From NCBI GenBank assembly GCA_024275555.1, contig JAJRYW010000332.1, positions 1-38,315 of the forward strand: a DNA stretch of 38,315 nt, read 5' to 3'. The notes beneath the pieces are model-generated. The model saw only the letters and a program-made list of their open reading frames with translations, made no database searches and was not told the origin of the DNA. The position numbers and the translations under genes are program-made. Source of the DNA: Calditrichota bacterium. Lineage in GTDB: Bacteria > Calditrichota > Calditrichia > RBG-13-44-9 > J075. Below are positions 9,011-18,214 of the stretch, piece by piece (positions within the stretch are counted from its first letter, which is position 1; each line of letters starts with the position of its first letter).

Positions 9011-10792
9011 TTAGACAGCCCGCTGGCGGAGCGTTGCGGCGTAAAGGTCTACGCTGGGTTCTTTTGATAGTTTGGCAGAGATCCGTTTCAGATACTCTTT
9101 GCGAGCTCCCGAGCGGGACAGCTTGCCGGACGTCGTTCTGGGTAAGGTATTGCGAGGCACGAGTTCAATCAGACAGTCAATGCCAAACTCCTTGCGTACC
9201 AGGCTGTGTAAACGCTCACGCAATTCAGCGCGCTTCTTTTCATCTGATTCACGGCACTGGACCATCATAACGGCCTGCTCCTGCCCATCCTGGCCGGGCA
9301 CCGAAAAGGACGAGGCATCCCCCGTACGTACTTCGGATTGCTGTTCCGCCACATACTCCAGGTCCTGGGGCCAGATATTGCGACCGTTGATGATGATCAG
9401 GTCCTTTTCACGCCCTGTAATTGCGAGGCTGTTTCCAATGCGATAGGCCAGGTCGCCGGTATTCAGCCAGCCCTCAGGAGATAAAACTTCCCGGGTGGAT
9501 CTGAGATCGCTGAAGTAACCGGACATGACGCTGGGTCCCCGGACATAGAGGGTTCCACAGTGCCGTTCCGGCAGCACCCGCCCCCGGGTATCTCTGATTT
9601 CCACTTCGTAACCTGGTAGCGGTGCTCCGCAATTAATAAAGGTATGTGAGGGTGTCGTCTCGTTGTCGTGAGCGGGATGCAGGGGCAGGGCTTTTTGCTG
9701 TTCAGCAAGCGCTGTGCGCTCCACATGATCGACATCGATTCCCTGGCCCAGGGGGGCAAAGCTTACCGCCAGGGAACATTCCGCCATACCATAGCAGGCT
9801 ACGTATGAACGTCGGTCAAACCCGCTGGGTGCTAAAAGACTGGCAAATTTATCAAGCGGATCGGTGCGAATTGTTTCCGCACCGACGCCGGCAAGACGCC
9901 AACTGCTAAGGTTGAACTTATCTGTTTCATTTTCCCGAATGCGGTGGGCGCACAATTCGTAACCAAACGGCGGACTGATGGACAGGGTCGCTTGATTTTG
10001 GGAAATCAGGCTCAGCCACATCCGCGGACGCATGGCAAAATCCCGGGTACTCAGGAAATCCACCGACAGCTGAGCCGCCATGGGGGACAACACCAGGCCG
10101 ACGAGTCCCATATCATGGTAATAGGGAAGCCAGGATACCGCCCGGTCACCGGGCCGAACCTGGATGCCGTATTTAAGAATAGCGAACAGGTTGCTCAGCA
10201 CAGCTTTCTGGGTGATCATCACGCCCCGGGGAAATCGAGTGCTGCCGGAAGTGTACTGCAGGTAGGCCACCTCGTTTGGTTGAGAGGGTCGCAACCGGGT
10301 ATTGGGTTCCATCAGATCGTAATAGTCCTGTGGAGTGCCGATAAAACGTAATTTTAATCCCTGGGCGGCTTCCGTCAGGTAGGGAAGAAAGTCCTCGGAG
10401 GCCATGGCAATTTCAGCCTGGCAGATTGACAGCAGTCTTTCCAATTGGGAGACATATGCCTGGCGGCCACCCAGGTGGATTGAAGCCGGCAGCGGAACGG
10501 GAATCAAACCTGCGTACTGACAGGCGAAAAAGAAACGCATAAAGTCAGGATGGGTTTCCGCCACCAGGGCTACGCGCGCACCGTGGTTAATTCCCAGGTC
10601 CATAAAACGGCGTGCCAGCGACTGGGCGTCTTTCTGTAATTCTGAGTAGGGCAGCCGTGCGTATAATTTTCCTCCACCGGTATAAAAATTATACCCGGTT
10701 TTTCCCCGGGCAGCGTAGTCGAGTGCTTCTGCTAGCGTAGAAAAATCTGCAATTCGTAACGGCAGATCATTAGCGGCCGGTGTAGCATCCAT
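9011..10792 (-). CDS. Fatty acyl-AMP ligase / acyl-ACP synthetase
   Basis: YLQYTSGSTRFPRG (A3), SWLPYYHDMGL, YGMAE, TGDL, GREKD, LPRTTSGK. AAGGAGG RBS before ATG 10792. Confidence 0.9.
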   Translation of the reverse strand: MDATPAANDLPLRIADFSTLAEALDYAARGKTGYNFYTGGGKLYARLPYSELQKDAQSLARRFMDLGINHGARVALVAETHPDFMRFFFACQYAGLIPVPLPASIHLGGRQAYVSQLERLLSICQAEIAMASEDFLPYLTEAAQGLKLRFIGTPQDYYDLMEPNTRLRPSQPNEVAYLQYTSGSTRFPRGVMITQKAVLSNLFAILKYGIQVRPGDRAVSWLPYYHDMGLVGLVLSPMAAQLSVDFLSTRDFAMRPRMWLSLISQNQATLSISPPFGYELCAHRIRENETDKFNLSSWRLAGVGAETIRTDPLDKFASLLAPSGFDRRSYVACYGMAECSLAVSFAPLGQGIDVDHVERTALAEQQKALPLHPAHDNETTPSHTFINCGAPLPGYEVEIRDTRGRVLPERHCGTLYVRGPSVMSGYFSDLRSTREVLSPEGWLNTGDLAYRIGNSLAITGREKDLIIINGRNIWPQDLEYVAEQQSEVRTGDASSFSVPGQDGQEQAVMMVQCRESDEKKRAELRERLHSLVRKEFGIDCLIELVPRNTLPRTTSGKLSRSGARKEYLKRISAKLSKEPSVDLYAATLRQRAV

Positions 10793-10937
10793 AGCAACTA
10801 TAGCCTCCTTGTTTAAATCAAGTCCGCGCAGGCGATTCACTCCCCCAAGAATCATCTGCTCAACTTAAAATCTGCAGCCTATCCCCTGATCTTCATCCTT
10901 TGCCATTTCAATTCAGGGCAGTGCTGCCGATGGTTGG

Positions 10938-10966
10938 GCAATACCTGATTTGCAATTAAATGTCAA
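10938..10966 (-). promoter_or_regulatory. Candidate sigma-70 promoter for the FAAL-cerR-acp-spt gene string
   Basis: Minus strand TTGACA, 17-nt spacer, then TATTGC (weak -10). Confidence 0.35.
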
Positions 10967-11626
10967 CTTCCGTACATCGCAATCCGGCTTAAATGGGTAT
11001 ACTACCGCAAAAGATGTTTTTTTTTGCGATAGCATGCCTGCTCATTTTCGATCATTCCGGGGGTTAATTTTACACATATAGATCGTTTAAGAGAGCGCCA
11101 AATCTTACAATAGACAAATGCCGCGTCTGCGGGGACGTTCGAACGCAAACCTTTATCACCTGCGGGTTAAGAGTCGTGACCGAAACGCAGTAAAGGCCGT
11201 GTTTTGTCGTCCTGCCGAATTTTTCGGCTCCTGCCGATTGCCATATTTTAGTAGAAAAATTACTGGGTTAACCAAAAAAAACTACAATTTTAAAAAAGCC
11301 TACCATGTATTTTTGGAACTGTAAAGTAATTGTCTTAAATATTTTAAAAAAATTTAAAGTTAAGATGCCAAAATTATTTAATTAATCAGTAATATCGTTA
11401 GCAGTCAGGAAAATTTAATGTCGATAATTTCAATTAACCCTGAACCTGAAATCGATTACAAGGAAATATGAAAAATTCTTCAAACAGTAATTATCTATTC
11501 GGGTTTGTCAATAGCGAATTTTCTGAATGCCCGGTGCGCAACACACAACCCAGTTTTCAGGTAATAGTGCACCGTTGAAAGATCCACAATCATTCGAACC
11601 CGTGAACGCTTGCCATGAGATCGCCG

Positions 11627-12424
11627 TTACCGGTCGCACAATATCTTTTCCACGAGTTGCCAATCGCCGGGCGAATCGACATCTATGGCTGCTTCCGGGA
11701 ATGGCATGACCACGGCACCCGCTTTAATTCCCATACGTTGCGAAATCCGGCCTAAAGCTTCAGTGAGGGACAAATGTCTCAGTAGATAACGCAGGACCGT
11801 TGACCACCCCAAAATCGTAATCATACGCAGGGGGTTTTTACGCCGGGTTTCGATGCTACGCCAGAAATCCGCCGCCAGCCGCGCCTGCGGGGTCAGGAAG
11901 GCAAACAGGTTACAGCCGCAGTAAGCCCCATCCTGCAAGCGAATGGCGGTTCTGCGGGTTTCGGGATAGGCGGCTTGCACCACTTCATGCAAAGCTACCC
12001 CCACCACGACGTCACAATCCGTCGTCTGCGCCCGGGAACAGAAATAATCCACAATACGGGTGTTTAGCAGGGCATGGTCGGCGGTGGTCAAAAGAATGGG
12101 GGTTTCGTCCGCCAAGGATTCGAGGACATGGAGGGCGCTCGCACTTGGGGTTGCCTGATTTTCACTCCACTCGACCCTGCCCGAGGTGATCAGCTGCCTC
12201 AGGTCCGGCTCCTGTTCAAGGATAGATCTGGGGGGGCCGCAAAGGATGCGGGTGTTTATCTGGGGTGATGCGGCCAGGGTAGCCAGCACGCGCAAGACCA
12301 TCGGTATGCCCCCAACAGGGATCATGGCTTTATAGCGAGCACCGGCGGCTTCAATCAGGGGATCTTTCGCTCCGCGGTCTGCGGCTAGTACTATTGCAGT
12401 AAACGCGGTCTGCGGATTGTGCAT
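11627..12424 (-). CDS. MobA-like NTP transferase (nucleotidyltransferase; CpgD-like by context)
   Basis: AIVLAADRG N-terminal nucleotide-binding loop, YKA..VGG.PM, TADHALL, C-terminal DVD. Confidence 0.8.
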   Translation of the reverse strand: MHNPQTAFTAIVLAADRGAKDPLIEAAGARYKAMIPVGGIPMVLRVLATLAASPQINTRILCGPPRSILEQEPDLRQLITSGRVEWSENQATPSASALHVLESLADETPILLTTADHALLNTRIVDYFCSRAQTTDCDVVVGVALHEVVQAAYPETRRTAIRLQDGAYCGCNLFAFLTPQARLAADFWRSIETRRKNPLRMITILGWSTVLRYLLRHLSLTEALGRISQRMGIKAGAVVMPFPEAAIDVDSPGDWQLVEKILCDR

Positions 12425-12442
12425 AGGCCCTTAGTCCAAAAA

Positions 12443-12795
12443 TTTCAGGTGTCGGTGTTCCCCGCTTCCGCTTCGCTTCAGACGGGATCTTCGTCAGGTT
12501 TCAGCACCTCAACTCCCTGAAACCTCGTGTGAAACTACACAGTGTTGGAACAGCGAACCGCAGAATATCGAATATTGAATGTCGAAGGAAGGAAACGCTT
12601 CGCTAAATCTTTTATAAAACAGACAGAATACATTATTCGACGTTGGACGTTCGATGTTCGGCGTTCATTTTTTTAGTTAACCCGTAATATAAAAATAGCA
12701 AAGACCAAAGTTTCTTCTACGATCAGACTGGACGCCCGCGGCCAGAGGCTCCGCTTATATGAAACTAGGCCAAAATGGCAGTTTCTCTTTCGATT
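12443..12795. repeat. Composite/nested intergenic repeat region with inverted heptamer arrays
   Basis: gaatatc-gaatatt-gaatgtc-gaa (~12562-12585) faces the inverted array ttcgacg-ttggacg-ttcgatg-ttcggcg (~12636-12663). tgaaacta occurs twice, and tttcaggtgt also occurs at ~18223. Confidence 0.6.
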
Positions 12796-12840
12796 AAATT
12801 TTTTCCGAGCGTCGTCTCGGAAAAGGCTTAGAGGCTCTAA

Positions 12841-14010
12841 TCAAAGTTTTTTGTTGTAAATGCGATAGGTTTTATAGACCCTGCCGCCGATTGATTCGAT
12901 AATATTGCGCATTCGCATGTTGTCCTCCAGTATCCAGGAAAGCTCAACTTCCTTGATGCCGAGTTTCCGGCCAGGTTCCAGAGTTGAGGCAATCATCATG
13001 AATGCGAGCGCGGCCCCCAGCAGGTTGTCATGGTAACGGCACCGTACGCCCATTAGGGGAATGCGCGCGGATTGGGGGTATTTTACCTTCAGTCGCCACA
13101 GCATTTTGAGCCAGCCGAAGGGCAGAAGCCTTCCATTGAGATCCCGGATGACCTCATTGATGTTCGGCAGAACCACGAGAAAGGCAGCGGGCTCTCCGTT
13201 CACCTCGGCAATTTTGACCAGTTTTTCATTGGCCAGCATTTTCAGATCCTTTCCCAAATGCTCGAATTCTACGGCGGTGAAGGGAACAAAGCCCCAGTTT
13301 TGTGACCAGGCATCGTCGTGAATGCTCTTGATAACTGCTAGTTCGGCGCTAAAATTGGATTTTTGAAGCGACCGGATGCGCACATTTTTTTTCGCCCTTT
13401 TGGTGACGGTCTGCATCGCGGCGGAAGGTTTAAAATCCGCATCGATAATGTACGCCAGCAGGTCCTTTTCTTTGGTGTACCCATTTTCAGCCAGGCGATT
13501 GCCATAATATGGCCGGGCATGGCCCATCATCAGCGACGGTGGGGTGTCAAAACCGTCCACCAGCAATCCAAGCTCCTGGTTGATGGATAGATTAAACGGC
13601 CCGCTGATGCGTTGCATTCCCTGGTTGCGCAGCCAGGACTCGGCCGTATCCAGCAATGCCTGAAATGTCCGGGTATTGTCTTCTGCTTCCAGCATCCCGA
13701 AAAAGCCGGTGGCATTCCGGTACCGTTCGAGATAAAGACTATCTTTCTGAGCACTGATTCGGCCCACGGGCCTGCTATCGCGGTAGGCCAGCCAGGAACA
13801 ATAGGCGGCATGCTTGAAATAAGGATTTTTCGGTGAAAGGTGCTCACGCCTTTCCAGCACCAGCGGGGGAACCCACATGGGATCGTCCCCATAGAGGGAC
13901 CATGGCAGGCGAATAAATTCATTCAGCGCACGGCGCCCCCCCACTTTGATAATTTGCAATGATTCATGACGGTGATGTCCGGGGGGCTGATGGTGTTGAA
14001 CAGGTTTCAT
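12841..14010 (-). CDS. bcerS: GNAT-fold N-acyltransferase, bacterial ceramide synthase (bCerS/YghO)-like
   Basis: LPWSLYGDDPMWVPPL, GRISAQ, FFGMLEA, GPFNLSINQELGLLVDGF, WSQNWGFVPFT, ELSWILEDN and KTYRIY are characteristic of the YghO/bCerS family, and the gene is in an spt neighbourhood. Confidence 0.8.
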   Translation of the reverse strand: MKPVQHHQPPGHHRHESLQIIKVGGRRALNEFIRLPWSLYGDDPMWVPPLVLERREHLSPKNPYFKHAAYCSWLAYRDSRPVGRISAQKDSLYLERYRNATGFFGMLEAEDNTRTFQALLDTAESWLRNQGMQRISGPFNLSINQELGLLVDGFDTPPSLMMGHARPYYGNRLAENGYTKEKDLLAYIIDADFKPSAAMQTVTKRAKKNVRIRSLQKSNFSAELAVIKSIHDDAWSQNWGFVPFTAVEFEHLGKDLKMLANEKLVKIAEVNGEPAAFLVVLPNINEVIRDLNGRLLPFGWLKMLWRLKVKYPQSARIPLMGVRCRYHDNLLGAALAFMMIASTLEPGRKLGIKEVELSWILEDNMRMRNIIESIGGRVYKTYRIYNKKL

Positions 14011-14072
14011 GGCTTTGATTCCGCTGGATTGTCCAAAATGATTTCAGGGTGCTGACGATTTTAAGCAGGGGT

Positions 14073-14101
14073 ATAATACACAGGTTGGTTAGCCGGGTCA
14101 A
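14073..14101 (-). promoter_or_regulatory. Sigma-70-type promoter of the bcerS-like gene
   Basis: Minus strand TTGACC, 17-nt spacer, then TATTAT, 63 nt upstream of the start codon. Confidence 0.55.
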
Positions 14102-14245
14102 TATCGAAAACAGCTAAATAAAATGGAAAAGATCAGCCGGCTGCAGCGAGCACCGGATTTGATTGTATAAATAGAACATTTTGATAATTAAAATATTAAG
14201 AAATGTTTATTTTTTAAGTAATAAACTCTTTACAGGCCGTATTTT

Positions 14246-14258
14246 TTGCATTATGCAA
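14246..14258. promoter_or_regulatory. Palindrome TTGCAT-T-ATGCAA, candidate MarR operator
   Basis: Perfect 6-1-6 inverted repeat in the AT-rich divergent region between bcerS and marR. Confidence 0.35.
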
Positions 14259-14390
14259 TACGTCATTAAAAAGATAGTTCGCTTCCGGTAAAACTTCGTA
14301 ATCCCTTAAAAACATCTATATTTTAAGTATGTTGTAGAAATTCCGAACCATCTAATTAGTCAGGTGAAAAGGGTCTGCAGAGGAGCACGG

Positions 14391-14858
14391 ATGAATAAAA
14401 ACACGGAAATATTGATTTATGAACTGGCTTTCCGGGTGCGTTTATACATAGCATCCAGGGTTCTGGATAAAAATGTAGCTGACTTGACTGATCGTGAAAG
14501 CCTCATACTTGAACTGATCGGGATGCAGGGCCGGATGAGTATATCGGAAATTGGAAAATTGTACCCAAAGGTGAGTAACAGCACCATTTCCACGACGATT
14601 ACAAAGCTATGGAAAGACAAAAAACTTGTTGATAAAAAGATATTGCCGGAAAATCAACGGGTAACAACCGTAAGTTTAACTGAAAAAGGCGAACAGGTAT
14701 TGGCGGAAATAAGAAGCTCCCAGTCGCATTTTTTCAGCACAATCACCCAATCCCCGGGCCTGATTTCCGATCAAGTCGAACATTTTCAGCGGCTTTTAAC
14801 AAATGCCATTGTTTTTTTTGATAAAACCCTCGGGCTGAAAGCTGACAAGGGGCCCTGA
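14391..14858 (+). CDS. MarR family winged-helix transcriptional regulator
   Basis: LTDRE..IL..I, SISEI, STISTTITKL..KKLV, ENQRVTTVSLTEKG pattern. GAGGAG RBS before ATG 14391. Confidence 0.85.
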   Translation: MNKNTEILIYELAFRVRLYIASRVLDKNVADLTDRESLILELIGMQGRMSISEIGKLYPKVSNSTISTTITKLWKDKKLVDKKILPENQRVTTVSLTEKGEQVLAEIRSSQSHFFSTITQSPGLISDQVEHFQRLLTNAIVFFDKTLGLKADKGP

Positions 14859-14869
14859 ATGATAAAAAA

Positions 14870-15955
14870 TTGATCATCGACCGTTACATAATCCGTGAAA
14901 TCAGCAAGCCCATGGCGGCTATATGCGCGGTTCTGGTAGCCATCTTTGCCAGCTACAGTGCCGCACAGTATCTTGCTGATGCTGTCAGTGGTCTGTTTCC
15001 GCCGGGAGCGTTGTTGTTGATGCTGGTGCTGAGAATCGCCATCGCCCTGGAGGTGCTGCTGCCCACAACCCTGTATCTGTCTGTTGTGATTGCTCTCGGA
15101 CGTATGCACAGAGACTCCGAAATGATTGCCCTGTCATCCTGTGGTGTCGGAACTTCCCGGGTACTGAAGTCCGTTTTCTATTTTGCATTCGCCATTGCCA
15201 TACTGGTAGCCGGTCTATCGATCTATGTCCGTCCGTGGGCCTTTAAAGAAGTTTACCGGTTACAGGCATATGCTAAGAGCGACTTTGATATTTCCCGGAT
15301 GGAAGCCGGAAATTTCTATGAAATAAAATCAGATCGTCTCGTTATATTTGCGGAAAAGGTAGACCACAAAGCTAATCGGGCGGAAGGGGTTTTTATCCGC
15401 AGCCAGGATGGACAAAACCTGCAGGTAATTTTTGCCAAGCAGGTCTATCAGCGTACCGAAGCAGTGCATGGCAGGCGGGTGTTACTATTGCAGGATGGAT
15501 ATCTCTACGAGTTTACGCGTAGCGGCGAAAAGGGTAAAATCACTCAATTTCAGCGAGTGACCTATTTAATATCGCCCAATGAGTCGATCGCACTTAAGTA
15601 TAAACGTAAAGCGGCCTCCACCGGGCATTTGTTTCGCTCACGCAAACTCAAGGATATCGCAGAATTCCAGTGGCGGCTATCCACACCCTTGTCGACCCTG
15701 CTTCTGGCACTACTCGGTGTGCCTTTGAGTCGAACGACTCCACGCCAGGGAAAGTATGTAAAGGTGGTCGCGGCTGTCTTGATTTTTGCAGTTTACTACA
15801 ACATTACCATCGTAGCCAAGAATTGGATAGAAAAAGGTGTTTTAAACGCCGTTCCTGGAATCTGGTGGGTTCAGGTCTCACTGGCAGGACTTGTCTTGGT
15901 GTTGCTGTGGCGTACGGGCGATGTGTTCGTACGCCGTGGTACAAAAATGACATAA
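14870..15955 (+). CDS. lptF: LptF/YjgP family ABC permease (paralogue in the sphingolipid locus)
   Basis: IIDRYIIREI N-terminus, DSEMIAL..CG, AEFQWRLSTP, 3 TM + periplasmic domain + 3 TM layout. Confidence 0.88.
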   Translation: MIIDRYIIREISKPMAAICAVLVAIFASYSAAQYLADAVSGLFPPGALLLMLVLRIAIALEVLLPTTLYLSVVIALGRMHRDSEMIALSSCGVGTSRVLKSVFYFAFAIAILVAGLSIYVRPWAFKEVYRLQAYAKSDFDISRMEAGNFYEIKSDRLVIFAEKVDHKANRAEGVFIRSQDGQNLQVIFAKQVYQRTEAVHGRRVLLLQDGYLYEFTRSGEKGKITQFQRVTYLISPNESIALKYKRKAASTGHLFRSRKLKDIAEFQWRLSTPLSTLLLALLGVPLSRTTPRQGKYVKVVAAVLIFAVYYNITIVAKNWIEKGVLNAVPGIWWVQVSLAGLVLVLLWRTGDVFVRRGTKMT

Positions 15956-15998
15956 TCGTTCCGGGGAACAAGCTATTGCGGCCAGGCCGGTACAACAG

Positions 15999-17066
15999 AT
16001 GAAAACGATTGATCGTTATATTGCCAAGCATACTATCTGGGGCGTTCTGTCGGTTTTATTTTTATTCGTTATTCTCTTCAGTTTTCTGGAACTTTTAGCG
16101 CAAATAAACGACATCGGAAAAGGTAATTACCAGATGCTGGATGTTTTTGTTTTTACGGGCTATACGGTGCCTAAACGAATAGTGGATTTGATGCCGGTGA
16201 GTATCCTGCTGGGCAGTATTGTTGCCTTGGGATTGTTGGCCGACCACAATGAGCTTACCGCCATGCAGGCTGCCGGTGTGTCGGTTGGAAGAATTTGCAG
16301 GTCTGTTCTTTCCGCGGGTGCCCTGCTTCTGCTGATTGTCTTTGTGCTGGCGGAATTCCTTGCCCCGCCAATGGAACAATATGCTCGAATCCGGCGTTCA
16401 AAGGCGATTTATGGTCAAGGTATATTTCTGACGAAAAACGGGTTCTGGGCTCGCCACGGCCATTCCTTCGTTCACGTCGGCAAAATCTTTTCCGGTGGTA
16501 TGGTGACCGATGTCGAAATTTTCGAACATGACAACCAGGGACGTCTAACCAGTTTTATTCATGCGCGCGGGGCAACGGTGCTTGACAATAGCCAGTGGTT
16601 GCTCAAGGGTATTAAACAAATCATCTTTTCAGAGCAAGGCATCAAAACACAAAATCCACCCAGCCTCATGTTAAATTCATTCCTGAGTCTTGAGCAGGTC
16701 GGTATTCTTGAGCTTCCCCCCGCCAGTCTCTCGATCTCCGATTTATACAAATTTGTGCAGGGATTGCGGCAGAGAGGACAGAATGAACAGCGATATGCGT
16801 TGGCATTTTGGCAGAAGCTAAGTCTTCCGATTACGAATCTGGTCATGGTGATGCTTTCCCTGGCATTTATATTCGGACCTACGCGTTCAATAACGGCCGG
16901 ACGCAGGATCGCTATGGCCTCCCTGGTGGGGATTGCCCTTTATCTGGCGTATCAGATAATCGGGCATCTGGGGTTATTGTTTGAGCTGCCGCCGGCAATC
17001 ACCACCCTGACACCGGTGCTGGCTGTGCTGGGGGTGGCTCTAAAGATGCTGAAGCGTGCTGCCTAG
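15999..17066 (+). CDS. lptG: LptG/YjgQ family ABC permease
   Basis: MKTIDRYI, HNELTAMQAAGVS, EFLAP, FWQKLSLP; immediately follows lptF. Confidence 0.88.
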   Translation: MKTIDRYIAKHTIWGVLSVLFLFVILFSFLELLAQINDIGKGNYQMLDVFVFTGYTVPKRIVDLMPVSILLGSIVALGLLADHNELTAMQAAGVSVGRICRSVLSAGALLLLIVFVLAEFLAPPMEQYARIRRSKAIYGQGIFLTKNGFWARHGHSFVHVGKIFSGGMVTDVEIFEHDNQGRLTSFIHARGATVLDNSQWLLKGIKQIIFSEQGIKTQNPPSLMLNSFLSLEQVGILELPPASLSISDLYKFVQGLRQRGQNEQRYALAFWQKLSLPITNLVMVMLSLAFIFGPTRSITAGRRIAMASLVGIALYLAYQIIGHLGLLFELPPAITTLTPVLAVLGVALKMLKRAA

Positions 17067-17227
17067 ATCTGGAATGTCTGATTTGGAATGACGAATGTCG
17101 AATGTCGAATTAAGGCTATAATTTATCCAATCAATTATTCAACCCGCAAACTATTCAACGGGGTCTGGATTTGGGATTTAAGAATTATTGGTGCCTGGAC
17201 TTTTCCCGATTATGGATGCAACTGTAC

Positions 17228-18148
17228 TTAAATATCCATTTCCAGTTCGGGGATAAACCGCCGATTGTTCGGGGAATAGACGTGCACCTTCATGTGGATG
17301 CCCCAGCCGGTGGCATTGCGCCTGAAACGGTAGATGTGATACCGGGCCCGACGTTCCGGTCTGGGGTCTGAGGCGGAAGCTGACGGAATTCCGATGACGG
17401 GGATTTTTCCCATCGGCACCTCCAGCAGGGCTTGACAACTGCGATGGGCATGGCCGTGCAGTACCAGTTCTGCACCGCAGCGTTTCACAACCGAGCGAAA
17501 CCGGTCGGCATCCGTCAGGCGTTTCCGCCAACCAACCGTCGCGGCAACCGGTGGATGGTGGATTAACACGACGCGCAGCAGCTGTCTGCGTCCGGTTTCC
17601 AGCAGGATTTGTTCCAGCCGTTGCAGCTGGACCTTGCCGATGGTGCCGACGGCCAAAAGCGGGTTGACGGGCCGTGCGGTGCAAACACCGATTATGGCTA
17701 TTCGATCGCGTATTCGCAAGACAGGATAAGTGATCTCAGTATTTGTTCCCGGTGCTGTTCCGGGAGGTTTTTCGTCGCAAGCCATGTAGTCCGCCCAGTG
17801 GGCGAAAGTGTTTTCCCAGATTGTTTTAACATACATGTCGTGGTTGCCGGGAATCACCGTAACCTGCCAAGAGGGCCCCAGGCACTGGAGCCATTTTGCA
17901 GTCCGGCGAAATTCTTCGGTTCGGCTGAGGTGCGTCAGATCCCCGGTAATGACGATATGATCGGGATGGCCGCTTTTCAAATCCTGCTGCAAGACGGCGA
18001 GGATTTCGTTGCTGTACCCGGCGTGCCGATGCAGCCACCATTTCAGGTATCCAAACAGGCGTTTATTTAATAGCTCCGGCACACGGATACCGTCAGGGCA
18101 ACAGCAGTGGGGATCGGAAAAGTGGGCTAATGTGAATGTCTCATCCAT
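17228..18148 (-). CDS. Calcineurin-like metallophosphoesterase
   Basis: SDPH, TGDLT, PGNHD, HHP and HGHAH metal-binding motifs. Confidence 0.9.
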   Translation of the reverse strand: MDETFTLAHFSDPHCCCPDGIRVPELLNKRLFGYLKWWLHRHAGYSNEILAVLQQDLKSGHPDHIVITGDLTHLSRTEEFRRTAKWLQCLGPSWQVTVIPGNHDMYVKTIWENTFAHWADYMACDEKPPGTAPGTNTEITYPVLRIRDRIAIIGVCTARPVNPLLAVGTIGKVQLQRLEQILLETGRRQLLRVVLIHHPPVAATVGWRKRLTDADRFRSVVKRCGAELVLHGHAHRSCQALLEVPMGKIPVIGIPSASASDPRPERRARYHIYRFRRNATGWGIHMKVHVYSPNNRRFIPELEMDI

Positions 18149-18194
18149 TGCTTGCCATGGTTTTTATGCAGGGTTAGGCCCTTATCGGGCTTTA

Positions 18195-18214
18195 TCTGAC
18201 AACATGTTGTCAGA
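18195..18214. promoter_or_regulatory. Perfect 20-bp palindrome TCTGACAACATGTTGTCAGA, candidate operator
   Basis: Exact dyad symmetry in the divergent region between the phosphoesterase and the lipid kinase. Confidence 0.45.

Noticed and set aside
14859-14873. Frameshift at the lptF start (ATG ATA AAA AAT TGA)
   Set aside because: The TTG at 14870 already gives the canonical MIIDRY LptF N-terminus, so no frameshift is needed.
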